A model generated the notes under the pieces. The model saw only the letters and a program-made list of their open reading frames with translations. It was not told the DNA's origin and did no database searches. The translations under genes were made by a program, and so were the position numbers. Positions 9,773-21,311 of a stretch of 64,000 bases of DNA are shown here, one piece after another. Source of the DNA: Verrucomicrobiota bacterium (GTDB taxonomy: Bacteria > Verrucomicrobiota > Verrucomicrobiia > Opitutales > Coraliomargaritaceae); the NCBI GenBank assembly GCA_039815375.1, contig JBCBZJ010000012.1:1-64000 (forward strand). The letters are read 5' to 3'. Each line of letters begins with the position of its first letter. Positions within the stretch are counted from its first letter, which is position 1.

Positions 9773-11335
9773 ATGCCCAAGTATCTCGGAAACATCTCAC
9801 GCCGCGACTTTCTTAAAGCCGGAACCTGTGGTGCCATGACCATCGGTCCACTGGTCAATACCATCGCCCAACTCTCACTCATCAACTCAGCCTCAGCCAG
9901 CGCGCTGGGCGGCACCTCTCTCGTCGGCACCGACTACAAGGCGCTCGTTTGTATCTTCCTCCGGGGCGGCTGCGACATGAACAACGTGCTCATCCCCGTC
10001 ACCACAAACTCACAGGCCGCGACCTACACCAGCGACCGGGCTGCCGTCGCCATCGCAAACGGGATCGCCCACCCGACCTACAATCCGGGGGGAAACAATG
10101 ACACCCTTTCTATCAACGTTCCGAACCACGAACCCTTCGGCCTGCATCCCTCCCTGGTCAACCTCGCCAGTATGTTCAACAGCGGCGAGGCCTCCTTTGT
10201 CTGTAACGTCGGCACCCTCGCCGAGCCTACCACACAAGGCGGCTACAGCACCAGCAGCCTGCCCAAGCAGCTCTTCTCCCACTCCGACCAGGTCACCCAA
10301 TGGATGTCCTCCATCGCGGACAAACCCTACACCTCCGGCTGGGGCGCACGCGTCGCGGAGCTCTACAACGATACCTGGAATCTGCACAGCCAGACATCCA
10401 TGTTGATCACCGCTGCCGGCAACAATCAGTTCATGAACGGGAGCAGCACCATTCCTCAGTATTCGGTCACCTCAACCGGCGCGATCAGCCTCGCCAGCTT
10501 CGGCTATAGCCAAGTCGGTCCCTACGGTCAGGCGCTCAATTCCGACGGAAGCTATAAAAGCAACTCCCAGGGCGAACGGCTCAAGGCCCTCGAAGGCATT
10601 ATGCAATACAGCCACGCCCACATTCTCGAGGAGGGCTACAGCGAAGTCGTTCGCAGTGCACGAGCCAACGAAGCCGTTATCAGCGAGGCCATTCAGGCGG
10701 AACAGGGCCTGGGAATCGACTACGACGCCCTTTTTGCAAGCTATGGCGCCGAAGGGAATGTCGCTGAAGAGTTGAAAGCCATCGCACGCCTCATCACCGG
10801 TCGGGAATGCCTCGGCAACAACCGACAAATCTTCTTTGTCGACCTGGGTGGATTCGACAACCACCAGGATATCAACGGGGACCTTCCCACCCTGCTGACT
10901 CAGCTCGACAATGCCCTCGGTGCCTTCAATGCGGCCATGAAAGAGCTCGACACCAAAGACTCCAACTTTGCCTACGACAAAGTCACTACCTTTCAGGCTT
11001 CCGACTTCAACCGCACCTGGACGCCCAACGGCACCAACGTAAACTCGGCCGGGACGGACCATGCCTGGGGTTCGCACTCCTTCGTCTTCGGTGGCGCGGT
11101 TAACGGAGGCGAGTTTTTCGGTAGCTTCCCCGAACTCGCTGTGGGCGGCTATGACGATGTGCCGAGTGGTTCGCGCGGCCGTTGGATTCCGACCACTGCA
11201 GTCGACCAATTTTCCGCCGTTCTGGCCAACTGGTTCGGCGTGCCCGGCGGAAGCTCGGAAATGGCCGCGATCTTTCCCAATCTTAATCGCTTCCAGGATC
11301 CGTTTTCAGTCGATGCCAAGCTCGGTTTCCTGTAG
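9773..11335 (+). CDS. DUF1501-family Tat-exported protein (usual DUF1800 partner)
   Basis: SRRDFLK Tat motif; DYKALVCIFLRGGCD, LFSHSDQ, GGFDNH, SDFNRT, GTDHAWG. Confidence 0.9.
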   Translation: MPKYLGNISRRDFLKAGTCGAMTIGPLVNTIAQLSLINSASASALGGTSLVGTDYKALVCIFLRGGCDMNNVLIPVTTNSQAATYTSDRAAVAIANGIAHPTYNPGGNNDTLSINVPNHEPFGLHPSLVNLASMFNSGEASFVCNVGTLAEPTTQGGYSTSSLPKQLFSHSDQVTQWMSSIADKPYTSGWGARVAELYNDTWNLHSQTSMLITAAGNNQFMNGSSTIPQYSVTSTGAISLASFGYSQVGPYGQALNSDGSYKSNSQGERLKALEGIMQYSHAHILEEGYSEVVRSARANEAVISEAIQAEQGLGIDYDALFASYGAEGNVAEELKAIARLITGRECLGNNRQIFFVDLGGFDNHQDINGDLPTLLTQLDNALGAFNAAMKELDTKDSNFAYDKVTTFQASDFNRTWTPNGTNVNSAGTDHAWGSHSFVFGGAVNGGEFFGSFPELAVGGYDDVPSGSRGRWIPTTAVDQFSAVLANWFGVPGGSSEMAAIFPNLNRFQDPFSVDAKLGFL

Positions 11336-11341
11336 ACGAAA

Positions 11342-11416
11342 GGTAGGGACGTCTGCCCTCAGGCGTCCGCAGTAACGTAAAGGGATCGCGGACGCCTGAG
11401 GGCAGGCGTCCCTACC
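11342..11416. repeat. Inverted pair of GTAG-type REP elements (BIME/REPIN-like)
   Basis: GGTAGGGACGTCTGCCCTCAGGCGTCCGC (11342-11370) and an inverted copy (11388-11416), 1 mismatch; same family as the REPs flanking the RAYT. Confidence 0.9.
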
Positions 11417-11441
11417 AAAGCCTCGAAATATCTTCACAACA

Positions 11442-12002
11442 ATGAAACGCGCAATCTGGATTGTCCCCATCGTCGCTTTGTTGTTCGGCATCTGGTTCGG
11501 CCTCAGCCAGCGCTCCTTGACCGACCGATCGGAAACCACCAATCCCGAGAACCCGGCACCCTACACCGAGGCCGCAGAGGAGATCGTCACCGTCGATCCC
11601 GGACAAGAACCGGACGCCCGCCTCAACCGCCTACCTGAGGGCAAGGTCGAATTCCTGCCTGCATTGACAATCAGCCGGCGTATCCACGAATCGGATACAG
11701 TTGAAGGTGGCCTCAGGGAAATTGAAGCCCTGCTCGGGCAATACCGCTTCGCCTTTGGAGAGAACCCCGTCGGCGTGGAGAACTTCGAGATTACCGAGCA
11801 GCTACTCGGAAAAAATCCCAAAGGCGTCGTTTTCGTCGCGAGTGACAGCCCCGCCCTCCGGGGCAACGAACTCGTCGATCCCTGGGGCACCCCCTACTTT
11901 TTCCACCCGCAATCGGGCACCGAAATGGAGATCGGCTCAGCCGGACCCGACCAAACCCTCTGGACCGAGGACGACGTGTTCATCCGCTACCCACAGAACT
12001 GA
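11442..12002 (+). CDS. Membrane-anchored protein with GspG-like C-terminal domain
   Basis: N-terminal TM; DPWGTPYFF...SAGPDQTLWTEDD. Confidence 0.6.
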   Translation: MKRAIWIVPIVALLFGIWFGLSQRSLTDRSETTNPENPAPYTEAAEEIVTVDPGQEPDARLNRLPEGKVEFLPALTISRRIHESDTVEGGLREIEALLGQYRFAFGENPVGVENFEITEQLLGKNPKGVVFVASDSPALRGNELVDPWGTPYFFHPQSGTEMEIGSAGPDQTLWTEDDVFIRYPQN

Positions 12003-12003
12003 T

Positions 12004-12057
12004 CTAACCTGCCTTTTTCTCCTCGTAGAGCCACTTGTCGAGCTTGTCCGTGGTGAT
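12004..12057 (-). repeat. Direct-repeat copy of the 3' end of the oxidoreductase gene (13343-13396)
   Basis: 49/54 identical; encodes [17 protein letters not shown] versus [17 protein letters not shown]. Confidence 0.9.
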
Positions 12058-12221
12058 CGATTGCTTCTCCGGCTCCATCGGATGCGCGGGTTCACCAAAG
12101 CACAGGACGGCTCAATTCTCTAGGTTACTATTTATCCGCGCCTTATAATTTTTTTAAACAAGCAGCCTTCTTATTTAAATTTTATAGCATTTTTTTAAAT
12201 AAAGCCTAGCTTAATAAAATT

Positions 12222-13346
12222 ATGAAAGATTTTAAAGCGGGACATCTCCTAAAGCAAAACGGCTATAAAAGCTTTCAGCCTTCGCAAATCAATCGCGAAT
12301 GGATCATCGATAATCCCAAAGTTCTGGAAGCTTTGAGCAGCGCAGACCGAAACCTCGGGCGCCTGGACATGTTCTCCGAATATGTGCCTAATCTAGAACT
12401 GTTTATCCGGATGCACGTCGCCAAGGAAGCGACACTTTCCAGCAGAATAGAAAATACGCAGACTGAAATCGAGGAGGTCCTCCTCCCCGAAGAAGAGATC
12501 AAGGAAGAGCGCCGGAACGACTGGAAGGAGGTCAACAACTACATTAATGCACTGTGGAACAGTATCGAGTCTCTAAAGGATCTACCCTTCTCGACGCGCT
12601 TGCTTAAAGATGCACACCAGACGCTGATGACCGATGTACGCGGGGAGCACAAGGCTCCAGGAGAATTCCGAACGAGCCAGAATTGGATTGGCGGTAGCAA
12701 TCCGAGCAATGCCCGCTTTGTGCCACCGACTCACGAAACAGTGCCGGAGCTCATTTCCGACATAGAGCTTTTCGCACATAATGACGAGCTGCGACTGCCA
12801 CCACTTATTAAGATAGGAATCATGCACTACCAGTTTGAAACGATCCACCCCTTTCTAGATGGAAACGGGCGGATCGGACGGTTGATGGTGCCTCTTTACC
12901 TTGTCGCTACGGGCATCCTGAAACAGCCCGTGCTCTACCTGTCCGATTATTTGGAGCGCAATCGCAGTGAGTATTACGATCGGCTGACCCGCGTGAGAGA
13001 GGAGGACGCGATGGATGAATGGCTGCACTTCTTCCTCGACGGAATTACTGAAACGACACGAAGCGGTGTGAATACATTTAATCGAATACTGAAATTTAAA
13101 AAAGAGTGGGAAGAAAAAATCCAAACATGGAAGCCGCATGGAAACACAGGCATAGTCTTATTCAACCGCCTCTTCAAAATGATTTATACCAATGCCAGCA
13201 TGGTCGCGGAAGCGACCAGTGTCTCGATGCCGACTGCATACAAACTAATAGATGAGTTTGTGCGCCATGGTCTCCTTAAAGAAATTACAGGAGCGCAGCG
13301 AGGGAAACTCTATGTGTTCGAACCCTATCTGGCACTCTTCCGCTAA
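12222..13346 (+). CDS. Fic family protein (N-terminal extension plus C-terminal wHTH)
   Basis: [12 protein letters not shown]ic motif; [11 protein letters not shown]. Confidence 0.95.
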   Translation: MKDFKAGHLLKQNGYKSFQPSQINREWIIDNPKVLEALSSADRNLGRLDMFSEYVPNLELFIRMHVAKEATLSSRIENTQTEIEEVLLPEEEIKEERRNDWKEVNNYINALWNSIESLKDLPFSTRLLKDAHQTLMTDVRGEHKAPGEFRTSQNWIGGSNPSNARFVPPTHETVPELISDIELFAHNDELRLPPLIKIGIMHYQFETIHPFLDGNGRIGRLMVPLYLVATGILKQPVLYLSDYLERNRSEYYDRLTRVREEDAMDEWLHFFLDGITETTRSGVNTFNRILKFKKEWEEKIQTWKPHGNTGIVLFNRLFKMIYTNASMVAEATSVSMPTAYKLIDEFVRHGLLKEITGAQRGKLYVFEPYLALFR

Positions 13347-14803
13347 CCCGCCTTTTTCTCCTCGTAGAGCCACTTGTCCAGCTTGTTGGCGGTGATGACG
13401 CCGTAATTCATGGTGCCGAGCCAGCCGGACATAATGATGCCCACCGAACCGGCATGGTAAAGGCCGCCGATCTGTTCGGATAAGCCCATCGATACCTTGA
13501 GGCCTTCGAATTTGGTGCCGAAGGAAGTGCCCTGCATTGACTTCGTATAGTAATTCACCGTGCGCGGTGTGGCCGCTTCGATGTGGTCTATCTTTTCACT
13601 CACACCCGGAATAAAAGTCTCCAGACTGGCCAGGCATTCATCGCAGAGCCGCTGTTTTTCTTTTTCGTATTCTTCATCCGAGAGCGCATTCCACTCATCC
13701 CAGCGAGCATTGAGCGAAGCGACCACGGTGTAGCGCGGCTGCTTCGTGTGAGGGCGCGTCTCCGGATAGTAAACCGAAAAGGTATGACTACTTGTGTTAA
13801 TCGAGGTGAGCTCGCCGATGGTGTATTCGGGTGCCTTCGAAGTGAAGACAAGGTCGCCGATGTTTGGAATCGTCTCACCCTTTTTGATACCCATGTAGAC
13901 CTGACAGGAGCTGGTATTATTGCGCACCGCCTTGGCCTCAGCCACGAAGTCCGCATCGAAATTTTCCTCACCGACGAGGTATTCGATCGTATTACGCACA
14001 TTCGCATTGGAGAGCACGGCCTTACACTTCACATGCCGTGTTGGGAAGACCTGGCCACCTGAATTTTGGCTCTTCAGGCGCACGCCCACCACACGCCCAT
14101 TTTCCACATCAATACCTTCCACTAAAGCATTCTTGCGCAGCTCACAGCCGTTTCTTTCCAGCTCGGCACACATTTTTTTGATGAGCGTGTCGGTGCCACC
14201 CTGAAAGGTGAAGACGCCCTTGCTCATGAAGTTTGAGAAGACGATCCCGTAAGTGATCGCCGGGTCATCGACGTGCGAGCCGTTGGCATAAGAAATCGGC
14301 TCCATGAGAAGGCGGTGCACGTCGGTGCGACCGGGGAAGAACTCTTCAAACATCTCACCCGTAGTTTGGGTATTGTCATCGTAGAAGTTCATCTTGCGGA
14401 GGTGGTCGTAGAAGGCCTCAACCTGATCCCGATCAACCTTGAAATCCTCCACCAGAATCTTGGTGAAGTCGTCGCGATCGAAGCTCGTCCAAACATTCAT
14501 CTGCGGGTTGATGAAGCGAACGTCCTTAAGCTGGTGAATGGAATCAGCGATTTCTTTGGTCCAATATTTACGACAGCTCTTAACCATGCCGTAAGGAAAG
14601 CCGTGAAGCGAGATATCGAAAATGTGCCCGCCCGGCCGCTTGAACCAGGTCGCAAGCCCGCCAAACTGGTAATGGTGCTCCAGCAGCAGGACCTTGTGTC
14701 CGTTCTTCGCAAGATAGTTCGCACCGGTCAATCCGCCCAAGCCGGAGCCGACGACAACCACGTCATATTCATCTTCAATACCTTCAAGCCAATCTTTCGC
14801 CAT
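13343..14803 (-). CDS. FAD-dependent oxidoreductase, phytoene desaturase superfamily
   Basis: [11 protein letters not shown]...[10 protein letters not shown] dinucleotide-binding fold; ATPRT; GLYHAG. Confidence 0.8.
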   Translation of the reverse strand: MAKDWLEGIEDEYDVVVVGSGLGGLTGANYLAKNGHKVLLLEHHYQFGGLATWFKRPGGHIFDISLHGFPYGMVKSCRKYWTKEIADSIHQLKDVRFINPQMNVWTSFDRDDFTKILVEDFKVDRDQVEAFYDHLRKMNFYDDNTQTTGEMFEEFFPGRTDVHRLLMEPISYANGSHVDDPAITYGIVFSNFMSKGVFTFQGGTDTLIKKMCAELERNGCELRKNALVEGIDVENGRVVGVRLKSQNSGGQVFPTRHVKCKAVLSNANVRNTIEYLVGEENFDADFVAEAKAVRNNTSSCQVYMGIKKGETIPNIGDLVFTSKAPEYTIGELTSINTSSHTFSVYYPETRPHTKQPRYTVVASLNARWDEWNALSDEEYEKEKQRLCDECLASLETFIPGVSEKIDHIEAATPRTVNYYTKSMQGTSFGTKFEGLKVSMGLSEQIGGLYHAGSVGIIMSGWLGTMNYGVITANKLDKWLYEEKKAG

Positions 14804-14875
14804 AAGCGGGGAGAGTTAGAGGATAGAAGCGGGAACTGAGAAGCGAAAAATCCGCAACTTCCGAAGGCAGAAATT

Positions 14876-15517
14876 TTAAAAGCCGAAAACGCTGGCAGGG
14901 GCCTTTTCGACAAGGCTATTGGTATGCTGCCGGGCGATTAGCTCATCGAGCTCTCTGCTAAAGACCATAAGCTTACTACCGCCCAGCCTCTTGGCGCGAA
15001 CGGTTTCGTCACTGCGGACAAAGTCGAAGCCGAAAATACTGGGCGGCGGCTCTTCTTCGTCATCCGGAGCTGGTTTCTCCGGCTTTTTCCAATAGGCACC
15101 ATCGGAAAGAAGGCCCAAGAGCGCATTACTCTCATATTGGCTCATCCCTTTCGACCGCTCGTAGAGTTCCAGGGCAGACTTGCCGTTTACATAGACTACG
15201 TGCACATCCCATCCCGGGGGACGTGTCTTGGAGTCTTCGATCTCGCTTTGCGTGGGCTGACGGCCGTTGTCAGTCTTGAAATAGACTCTGACTTCTGCCG
15301 CACCACCAAGATACTGGAGGTAAGACAGGTAGGGTCCTGCATTTCGCCGCAAGGCCCGGACATCCTCGCTGCGGTAGACAATGCCTCCGGAACGTAGCAG
15401 ACGACCTTCGAGTTCGGCACGACTCTCACCAATACGGGCGCTGACAGGCTGAACAAGACCCAGGGTGATGATCAGAAAAGTGAGTGGGGTAATCAATTTG
15501 GGGGTTTTCATCGACAT
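14876..15517 (-). CDS. Exported hypothetical protein
   Basis: Signal peptide ...[12 protein letters not shown]. Confidence 0.65.
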   Translation of the reverse strand: MSMKTPKLITPLTFLIITLGLVQPVSARIGESRAELEGRLLRSGGIVYRSEDVRALRRNAGPYLSYLQYLGGAAEVRVYFKTDNGRQPTQSEIEDSKTRPPGWDVHVVYVNGKSALELYERSKGMSQYESNALLGLLSDGAYWKKPEKPAPDDEEEPPPSIFGFDFVRSDETVRAKRLGGSKLMVFSRELDELIARQHTNSLVEKAPASVFGF

Positions 15518-15563
15518 TAGTTTTGAAGTAAACGAATCATTAAAGCTGAGTAGCACGCAAGAA

Positions 15564-16850
15564 ATGGCGAACCAATTTTACACGACATTCGATTACGAGC
15601 GTAGCCCGGCAGTTCCCACGGCAAAGGACGAATATCGTCATCCATTCGAAATCGAACGTGACCGGATTATTTTCTCCTATCCATTCAGACGACTGCAGTC
15701 GAAAACGCAGGTCTTTCAATCCGGCGAATACGATTTCTATCGCACCCGGCTAACGCACTCCATCGAAGTCGCCAAGATCGGACGCTCGATCTGTAAGTAT
15801 CTCAAAGCCAGTTCGGATCTACTCAACGATAACTTCTTTATCGATCCCGACCTAACCGAAGCCGTGTGCCTCGCGCACGATTTAGGGCATCCACCCTTCG
15901 GCCACATCGGAGAGCGAAAGCTCAACCAGTTAATGGCCCCACATGGTGGTTTTGAGGGTAATGGACAGACCCTGCGCATACTCACCGAACTCATCTATGA
16001 ACGCCCCGGACGCACTAAAGGTATTGCGCCAACTCGCGCTCTCCTCGACGGCGTAATGAAATACAAGGCGCTTTACTCGGAACAAAAGGAGGCCTTGGGC
16101 CAGTGTCCGGAAAATCACTTCATCTACGACGAGCAACTCATCTGGCGAAAGACGGCCTTTGGTGGCGACATGTTCCCCGAATCACTTAACAGCCCCGAGG
16201 CACTGAACGCCTTTAAAAGCATCGAGTGCCAGATTATGGACTGGGCCGACGATACCGCCTATTCGCTTCACGACATTGTCGATGGTATCCACGCCCGCTA
16301 TATCACTGTAGGCAGCCTCACTGAATGGGCTGAAAAGAAAGAGCTCGACCCGGAGCAATCAAAGCTCCTCGACGCACTCTGCGAAGTAATTCGAGAGAGT
16401 CGCTACGAACCTTATTTCGGCAGCCGGATCGGAGCCTTCGTTCACGGTTGCAGACTCGTCGCACGCAGCGGTTTTTTAAGTGATCGCACCCAGCGGCATG
16501 CTTTTGATTTGGAAATCGATCCGAAGGTGGAAGGAGAAAGCAAGCTCTATAAGAAGATTGCGCTCGACCTGATTTTCAAATCCACGCAGCTCCAGCAAAT
16601 TGAGTTCAAAGGCGGCCACATACTCGAACGCCTCTTCACCGCACTCTGTGAACATTGCGCCCAAAACAAGCAATCAGGACTCCGTATCCTTCCGTCACAG
16701 GTGCTGGAGCTTATGGCGCAGGAGGAGACTTCAAGTGGCCGCTATCGCAGACTATGCGACTACACCGCCGGCCTGACGGACGGACTTGCCGTGCGCACCT
16801 ATAAACGACTCTTTGATGCCGACTTCGGATCAATTGCTGAGTTAATCTAA
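15564..16850 (+). CDS. dgt: dGTP triphosphohydrolase (HD domain)
   Basis: [51 protein letters not shown]. Confidence 0.92.
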   Translation: MANQFYTTFDYERSPAVPTAKDEYRHPFEIERDRIIFSYPFRRLQSKTQVFQSGEYDFYRTRLTHSIEVAKIGRSICKYLKASSDLLNDNFFIDPDLTEAVCLAHDLGHPPFGHIGERKLNQLMAPHGGFEGNGQTLRILTELIYERPGRTKGIAPTRALLDGVMKYKALYSEQKEALGQCPENHFIYDEQLIWRKTAFGGDMFPESLNSPEALNAFKSIECQIMDWADDTAYSLHDIVDGIHARYITVGSLTEWAEKKELDPEQSKLLDALCEVIRESRYEPYFGSRIGAFVHGCRLVARSGFLSDRTQRHAFDLEIDPKVEGESKLYKKIALDLIFKSTQLQQIEFKGGHILERLFTALCEHCAQNKQSGLRILPSQVLELMAQEETSSGRYRRLCDYTAGLTDGLAVRTYKRLFDADFGSIAELI

Positions 16851-16860
16851 CGATCTATTC

Positions 16861-17832
16861 ATGGGGCAGATAGCAAAACCGCCAAAGGCTTCAAACTCGA
16901 AGGATTTTGACCATCTGAAAGAACGTCTTGGCGAAGAACTACTCAGCCAGCGCATGCTCAAGCAGGCAAACCACTACGCGAGACTCAGTCACCAAGGCGA
17001 AGGCATTTTCAAATTCGAGCGATTCGTGAAGATCGACGAACTCGCCAAATGGTGCCTGCAAGCTACATTCCTTTGGAGACGAGCCCACCAGAATATCTTC
17101 GACATTGAAACCGTTGAACAGACCTGGCATCTGCATAACCTGCCGAAAAGCTTTGAAGGATTCCGCCTTCTTCATCTCAGCGATCTGCACATTGATATTG
17201 ACCCTGGACTGAACCTCAAGGTCGCTGAAGCAATCCGGAACTGTCCGCACGATGCAATCGTCATCACAGGCGATTATCGTAACTCGACGGACGAGAACTG
17301 CGGTCCATCCATGGAGCTCATCAAGCCGATATTGGAGGCGAGCGATGCCCCGAAATACGGCATCCTCGGCAACCACGATTTCATCGAAATGGTCTGGGAT
17401 TTCGAAAGCAACAACTTCCCTGTCCTACTCAATGAGGCAGCTCCGATCGAGCGAAAGGGCGAACGGCTCTGGATCGTCGGCGTCGACGACCCACATTTCT
17501 ACAAGACACATAATTTTACTAAAGCACGTGCCGATATCCCGGAGGGCGCCTGCTGTATACTGCTCTGCCATTCCCCCGAAGCGCACACAGAAGCGGCAGC
17601 CCACAAATTTGACCTGATGCTATCGGGTCATACCCACGCCGGGCAAATCTGCCTACCCGGTGGGCGCCATATTGTCCTGCCGGTCAAGGGCCTAAAACAG
17701 CCTTTCATCCGGGGACGCTGGAGAAGCGGGGATATGCAGGGATACACCTCGCGTGGCACTGGCTCCTGTGGCGTCGCCGCACGACTCAACTGCCGCCCCG
17801 AGGTGACCTTACACGTTTTGCGAAAGGCCTGA
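16861..17832 (+). CDS. Metallophosphoesterase (YkuE/YaeI-like)
   Basis: SDLH, TGD, GNHD, HSP, GHTHAGQ. Confidence 0.9.
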   Translation: MGQIAKPPKASNSKDFDHLKERLGEELLSQRMLKQANHYARLSHQGEGIFKFERFVKIDELAKWCLQATFLWRRAHQNIFDIETVEQTWHLHNLPKSFEGFRLLHLSDLHIDIDPGLNLKVAEAIRNCPHDAIVITGDYRNSTDENCGPSMELIKPILEASDAPKYGILGNHDFIEMVWDFESNNFPVLLNEAAPIERKGERLWIVGVDDPHFYKTHNFTKARADIPEGACCILLCHSPEAHTEAAAHKFDLMLSGHTHAGQICLPGGRHIVLPVKGLKQPFIRGRWRSGDMQGYTSRGTGSCGVAARLNCRPEVTLHVLRKA

Positions 17833-17833
17833 A

Positions 17834-19450
17834 TCAGGCCTTCGCACCAGAACCGGGCAGCTCCGGAGACAGGACGAACTTCAAAGACATCACCACGACG
17901 TAGAGTCCAATCGAAACCATCGCGAGAGCGATGCCACCAAGCATACTGAATGGGCCGTGCTGTATGACCATGAGGACGAGGGCCACGATCGGCATAATAA
18001 TCATACCGACCGCCGGAATCAGCGCAAAGCCGAATGCGATCCGACGATGCTTCAGGAAGACCACAAAGGTAATCAGCGCCAAGGCGGCAAGTAACTGATT
18101 AGTCGATCCAAAGAGCGGCCAAATCGCCTTCCAGACCGGCAGCACAGTTCCATCCGGTGCGGTGTACGTGCCAAAGGCGGCAAAGGATGGCAAAATCAAG
18201 ACAAGAAAGGTGCCGAGATAGCGGCTGGAAGCACTTCGCCATTCAAAGAGCTCTTCAACCAGGAAACGGGTCAGCCGTGTCGTGGTATCCAGTGTGGTCA
18301 GGAGGAAAGTGCTGACCGCAAGGGTTGCGAAGGTCACCCCGATTGATTCAGGTACACCCAACGCGTTGAAAAAGACTGCAGAGCCACGCGCAAAAGTTGC
18401 TACCGGACCACCTTCGCCGATTCCACCTGCAACACCAACGCAAACCAAGGCAAAGACCGCGAGCAGGCCTTCAACCAGCATACCGCCGTAGGAAACCTTT
18501 TTTACATCACTCTCCGTTCGGATCTGCTTCGAAGTTGTGCCGCTACTGACAATACTGTGGAATCCACTACAAGCTCCGCAAGCCACCGTGATGAAAAGAA
18601 ACGGCATCAAATATTGAAGATCGCTCGGCTCGAAGCTGGTATATACGGGTAGTTCGAATCCGCCACCGCGCACCAGCACACCAACTAAACCGAGGAAAAT
18701 GATGGCATACAGAAAGGTGGCGCTGAGGAAGTCGCGCGGTTGCATCAGAATACCCACCGGGAGGATCGCCGCCAGATAGCAATAGACAAAGACAGCCACC
18801 GTCCACTCACCCTTTCCAAAGGCAGGTGCCGGAAATTGCACACCAATCCACAAACCGAGATAGGTCAGCACAATGAAGACCGGTATGACGATTTTATAGG
18901 GAAGACCGCTCTTGCGGGCAACCAAGCCAAAGAGCAAAGCAACAATGATAAACCAACCTGAAGCAGTCGCTACTGCGGGTTGATTGATGAAACCGGAAAC
19001 GATCAGGTCGAGAAAAACGATCAGCACGTAGATCAGCGCCAACACGACAAAGACCAGAAAAAGCTTGCCGGTGCGTTCGCCAACCAAGGCACGGCAGGTC
19101 GAAGTGATTGAGCGACCGCGATAGCGCAACGACATGAGCGTGCTACCAAAGTCATGCAAACCACCAACGAAGATCGAACCGACGATGATCCATATCCAGG
19201 TCGGAAACCATCCAAAAACGGCACCCGCAATGATCGGGCCCACAATCGGCCCGGCCCCGGCAATCGATGAGAAATGGTGCCCGAACAGAACTGAAGCGCG
19301 GGTCGGCACATAGTCGACCCCATCATTGATCTCACAAGCCGGTGTTTCGCGCTCGGGATCAATGCCGCAACGTCGCTCCAAAAACTGACCGTAAAATCGA
19401 TAGGCCAAAGCGAGCAGCAATGCAGAGAACACGAGGAGGGCAATCAACAT
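17834..19450 (-). CDS. cstA: Carbon starvation protein A family transporter
   Basis: [47 protein letters not shown]. Confidence 0.92.
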   Translation of the reverse strand: MLIALLVFSALLLALAYRFYGQFLERRCGIDPERETPACEINDGVDYVPTRASVLFGHHFSSIAGAGPIVGPIIAGAVFGWFPTWIWIIVGSIFVGGLHDFGSTLMSLRYRGRSITSTCRALVGERTGKLFLVFVVLALIYVLIVFLDLIVSGFINQPAVATASGWFIIVALLFGLVARKSGLPYKIVIPVFIVLTYLGLWIGVQFPAPAFGKGEWTVAVFVYCYLAAILPVGILMQPRDFLSATFLYAIIFLGLVGVLVRGGGFELPVYTSFEPSDLQYLMPFLFITVACGACSGFHSIVSSGTTSKQIRTESDVKKVSYGGMLVEGLLAVFALVCVGVAGGIGEGGPVATFARGSAVFFNALGVPESIGVTFATLAVSTFLLTTLDTTTRLTRFLVEELFEWRSASSRYLGTFLVLILPSFAAFGTYTAPDGTVLPVWKAIWPLFGSTNQLLAALALITFVVFLKHRRIAFGFALIPAVGMIIMPIVALVLMVIQHGPFSMLGGIALAMVSIGLYVVVMSLKFVLSPELPGSGAKA

Positions 19451-19565
19451 GATAGACAAAACCAGAAATGGCGTGCAGTCTTGTCGCAAGCTCTAAAATT
19501 AGTTGCCCCACGCCCAGCAAACACTTACCAACGAGGGCTTTTCTCAAATCGCGCGACCCATATTC

Positions 19566-20672
19566 ATGGAAAACAAGGACAAAACTCTCAAAGAACTCGA
19601 AGAACACGCTGCGTCCGTCGGCACCAAGAAGAGCATCGTCGGCATCGATGGCTTCGTCGATGTTATCGTTCACCCGGTGGACACACGCTCTGGTCCGGGC
19701 GACAACTTCGAGCGTATCCCGACAATTACGGCCTTTTCTGAACGTATCGGCTCGGCCGCTGGCAAAAGCGCAAATATTGAGCTCGCCTCCATCATGGAAA
19801 AGCTCGGCGGCAACGGCCCGATCATGGCCAATGCACAGCGTGCGCAGGGCCTTCAAGTTCGATACATCGGAGCCCTCGGAAAAGACAAAATCCACCCGGT
19901 ATTCGCAGAATTCGCCGAGCAGACCAATGCAATTTCCCTGACCAACCCGGGCGTGACACACGCTGCTGAATTCGCCGATGGCAAAATCATGCTCGGCTCG
20001 ATGGCCAGCCTCGAGGAGATTACCTACGAGGAGATCCTCAAGGCAATGGGAGACGAGCCGGTGGACACTTTTGCCCAAGCCGATCTCATCTCCATGGTCA
20101 ACTGGACTATGATCCCTTACCTGACGGATGTCTTTCGCGCTTTTATCTCCGACTTGCTGCCAAAACTTCCCGAGAACCTCGAACGACACTTTTTCTTCGA
20201 TCTGGCAGACCCGGAAAAACGTTCTGATGCAGACCTCCTCGAGGTGCTTGAACTCTTTAAGGAATTCGAAGCTTTTGGAAAAGTTACTCTTGGCCTGAAC
20301 TATCGCGAAGCCGAACAGATTGACAAACTCCTCGGTTTCGAACCGATCGAAAAATCACCGGAAAACCTCCAGACCTTGGCGGCTCGCATCCGGGAGCGCC
20401 TTGCACTCGACACTGTCGTGGTTCATCCGGTCGAGTGTGCGGCCTGCGCAACCGCAAGCGGCACTGCTTTCGTCACGGGACCACTTTGCGAAAAACCCAA
20501 GATCACCACAGGGGCAGGTGATCACTTCAACTCCGGCTTTGCCACAGCCCAGCTTCTCGGCCTCTCTCCCGAGGCCTCGCTCAGCGTTGCTGTAGCCACC
20601 TCGGGCTTCTATGTGCGCACTGCGGTCAGCCCCTCACTCAATGACATTGCCGAATTCATCGGCACTTGGTAA
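19566..20672 (+). CDS. PfkB-family carbohydrate kinase
   Basis: GGNGPIMANA; TTGAGDHFNSGF. Confidence 0.8.
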   Translation: MENKDKTLKELEEHAASVGTKKSIVGIDGFVDVIVHPVDTRSGPGDNFERIPTITAFSERIGSAAGKSANIELASIMEKLGGNGPIMANAQRAQGLQVRYIGALGKDKIHPVFAEFAEQTNAISLTNPGVTHAAEFADGKIMLGSMASLEEITYEEILKAMGDEPVDTFAQADLISMVNWTMIPYLTDVFRAFISDLLPKLPENLERHFFFDLADPEKRSDADLLEVLELFKEFEAFGKVTLGLNYREAEQIDKLLGFEPIEKSPENLQTLAARIRERLALDTVVVHPVECAACATASGTAFVTGPLCEKPKITTGAGDHFNSGFATAQLLGLSPEASLSVAVATSGFYVRTAVSPSLNDIAEFIGTW

Positions 20673-20681
20673 ACGCCATTC

Positions 20682-21311
20682 ATGCCCGGTCTGTTTATTA
20701 GCTTTGAAGGCGGGGAGGGTTGCGGAAAGTCCACCCAGATTGGACGACTCGCAGAACGTCTGAGAGGCCTAGGCGAAACCGTTCATCAAACCCGGGAGCC
20801 CGGCGGCACCAAACTCGGCGAGGCCATACGCAACCTCCTGCAGCATGAATACGCCGGAGAAGGCATGAGCCCGGAGTCGGAGCTCCTTCTCTTTACCGCC
20901 TCACGCGCGCAAATCACCCGCGAACTGATCGGGCCGGCTCTGGCAGCAGGTGACGTTGTTCTCTGCGACCGATTCATGGATTCGACCACCGTCTATCAGG
21001 GTATCGCACGCGCAATCGATGCGGAACAGGTTGCCGCAATCAACAACTTCGCCGTCGGTGACGCAAAACCCGACCTCACTATCCTGCTCGACCTCACTCC
21101 GGAGATCGGCATGCAGCGCGTGCTCGAGCGCAGCGGTGGTAAACTCGACCGAATGGAAAAGGAGGATCTCACTTTCTTCAATGAAGTCCGACGCGGCTAC
21201 CTCGAGCTCGCCGACGAAGAACCCGATCGCTTTCTCGTTCTCGACGCCGGCCGATCCGTCGAAACCATCGAAGCTGAAATTTGGAATGCTGTTGAGCCAC
21301 GCCTTACCTGA
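20682..21311 (+). CDS. tmk: Thymidylate kinase
   Basis: FEGGEGCGKSTQ, TREPGG, CDRF. Confidence 0.95.
   Translation: MPGLFISFEGGEGCGKSTQIGRLAERLRGLGETVHQTREPGGTKLGEAIRNLLQHEYAGEGMSPESELLLFTASRAQITRELIGPALAAGDVVLCDRFMDSTTVYQGIARAIDAEQVAAINNFAVGDAKPDLTILLDLTPEIGMQRVLERSGGKLDRMEKEDLTFFNEVRRGYLELADEEPDRFLVLDAGRSVETIEAEIWNAVEPRLT

Noticed and set aside
13343..14803. crtI carotenoid gene
   Set aside because: Only superfamily-level motifs and no other crt genes nearby
15564..16850. dGTPase as an antiphage system
   Set aside because: Housekeeping context with no adjacent defence or mobility genes; cannot be distinguished from ordinary dgt
20950..21285. N-terminal extension of holB (likewise extended starts for dgt, tkt, pfkB, tauE)
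   Set aside because: Extensions overlap neighbouring genes and lack family-like sequence; downstream ATGs were chosen
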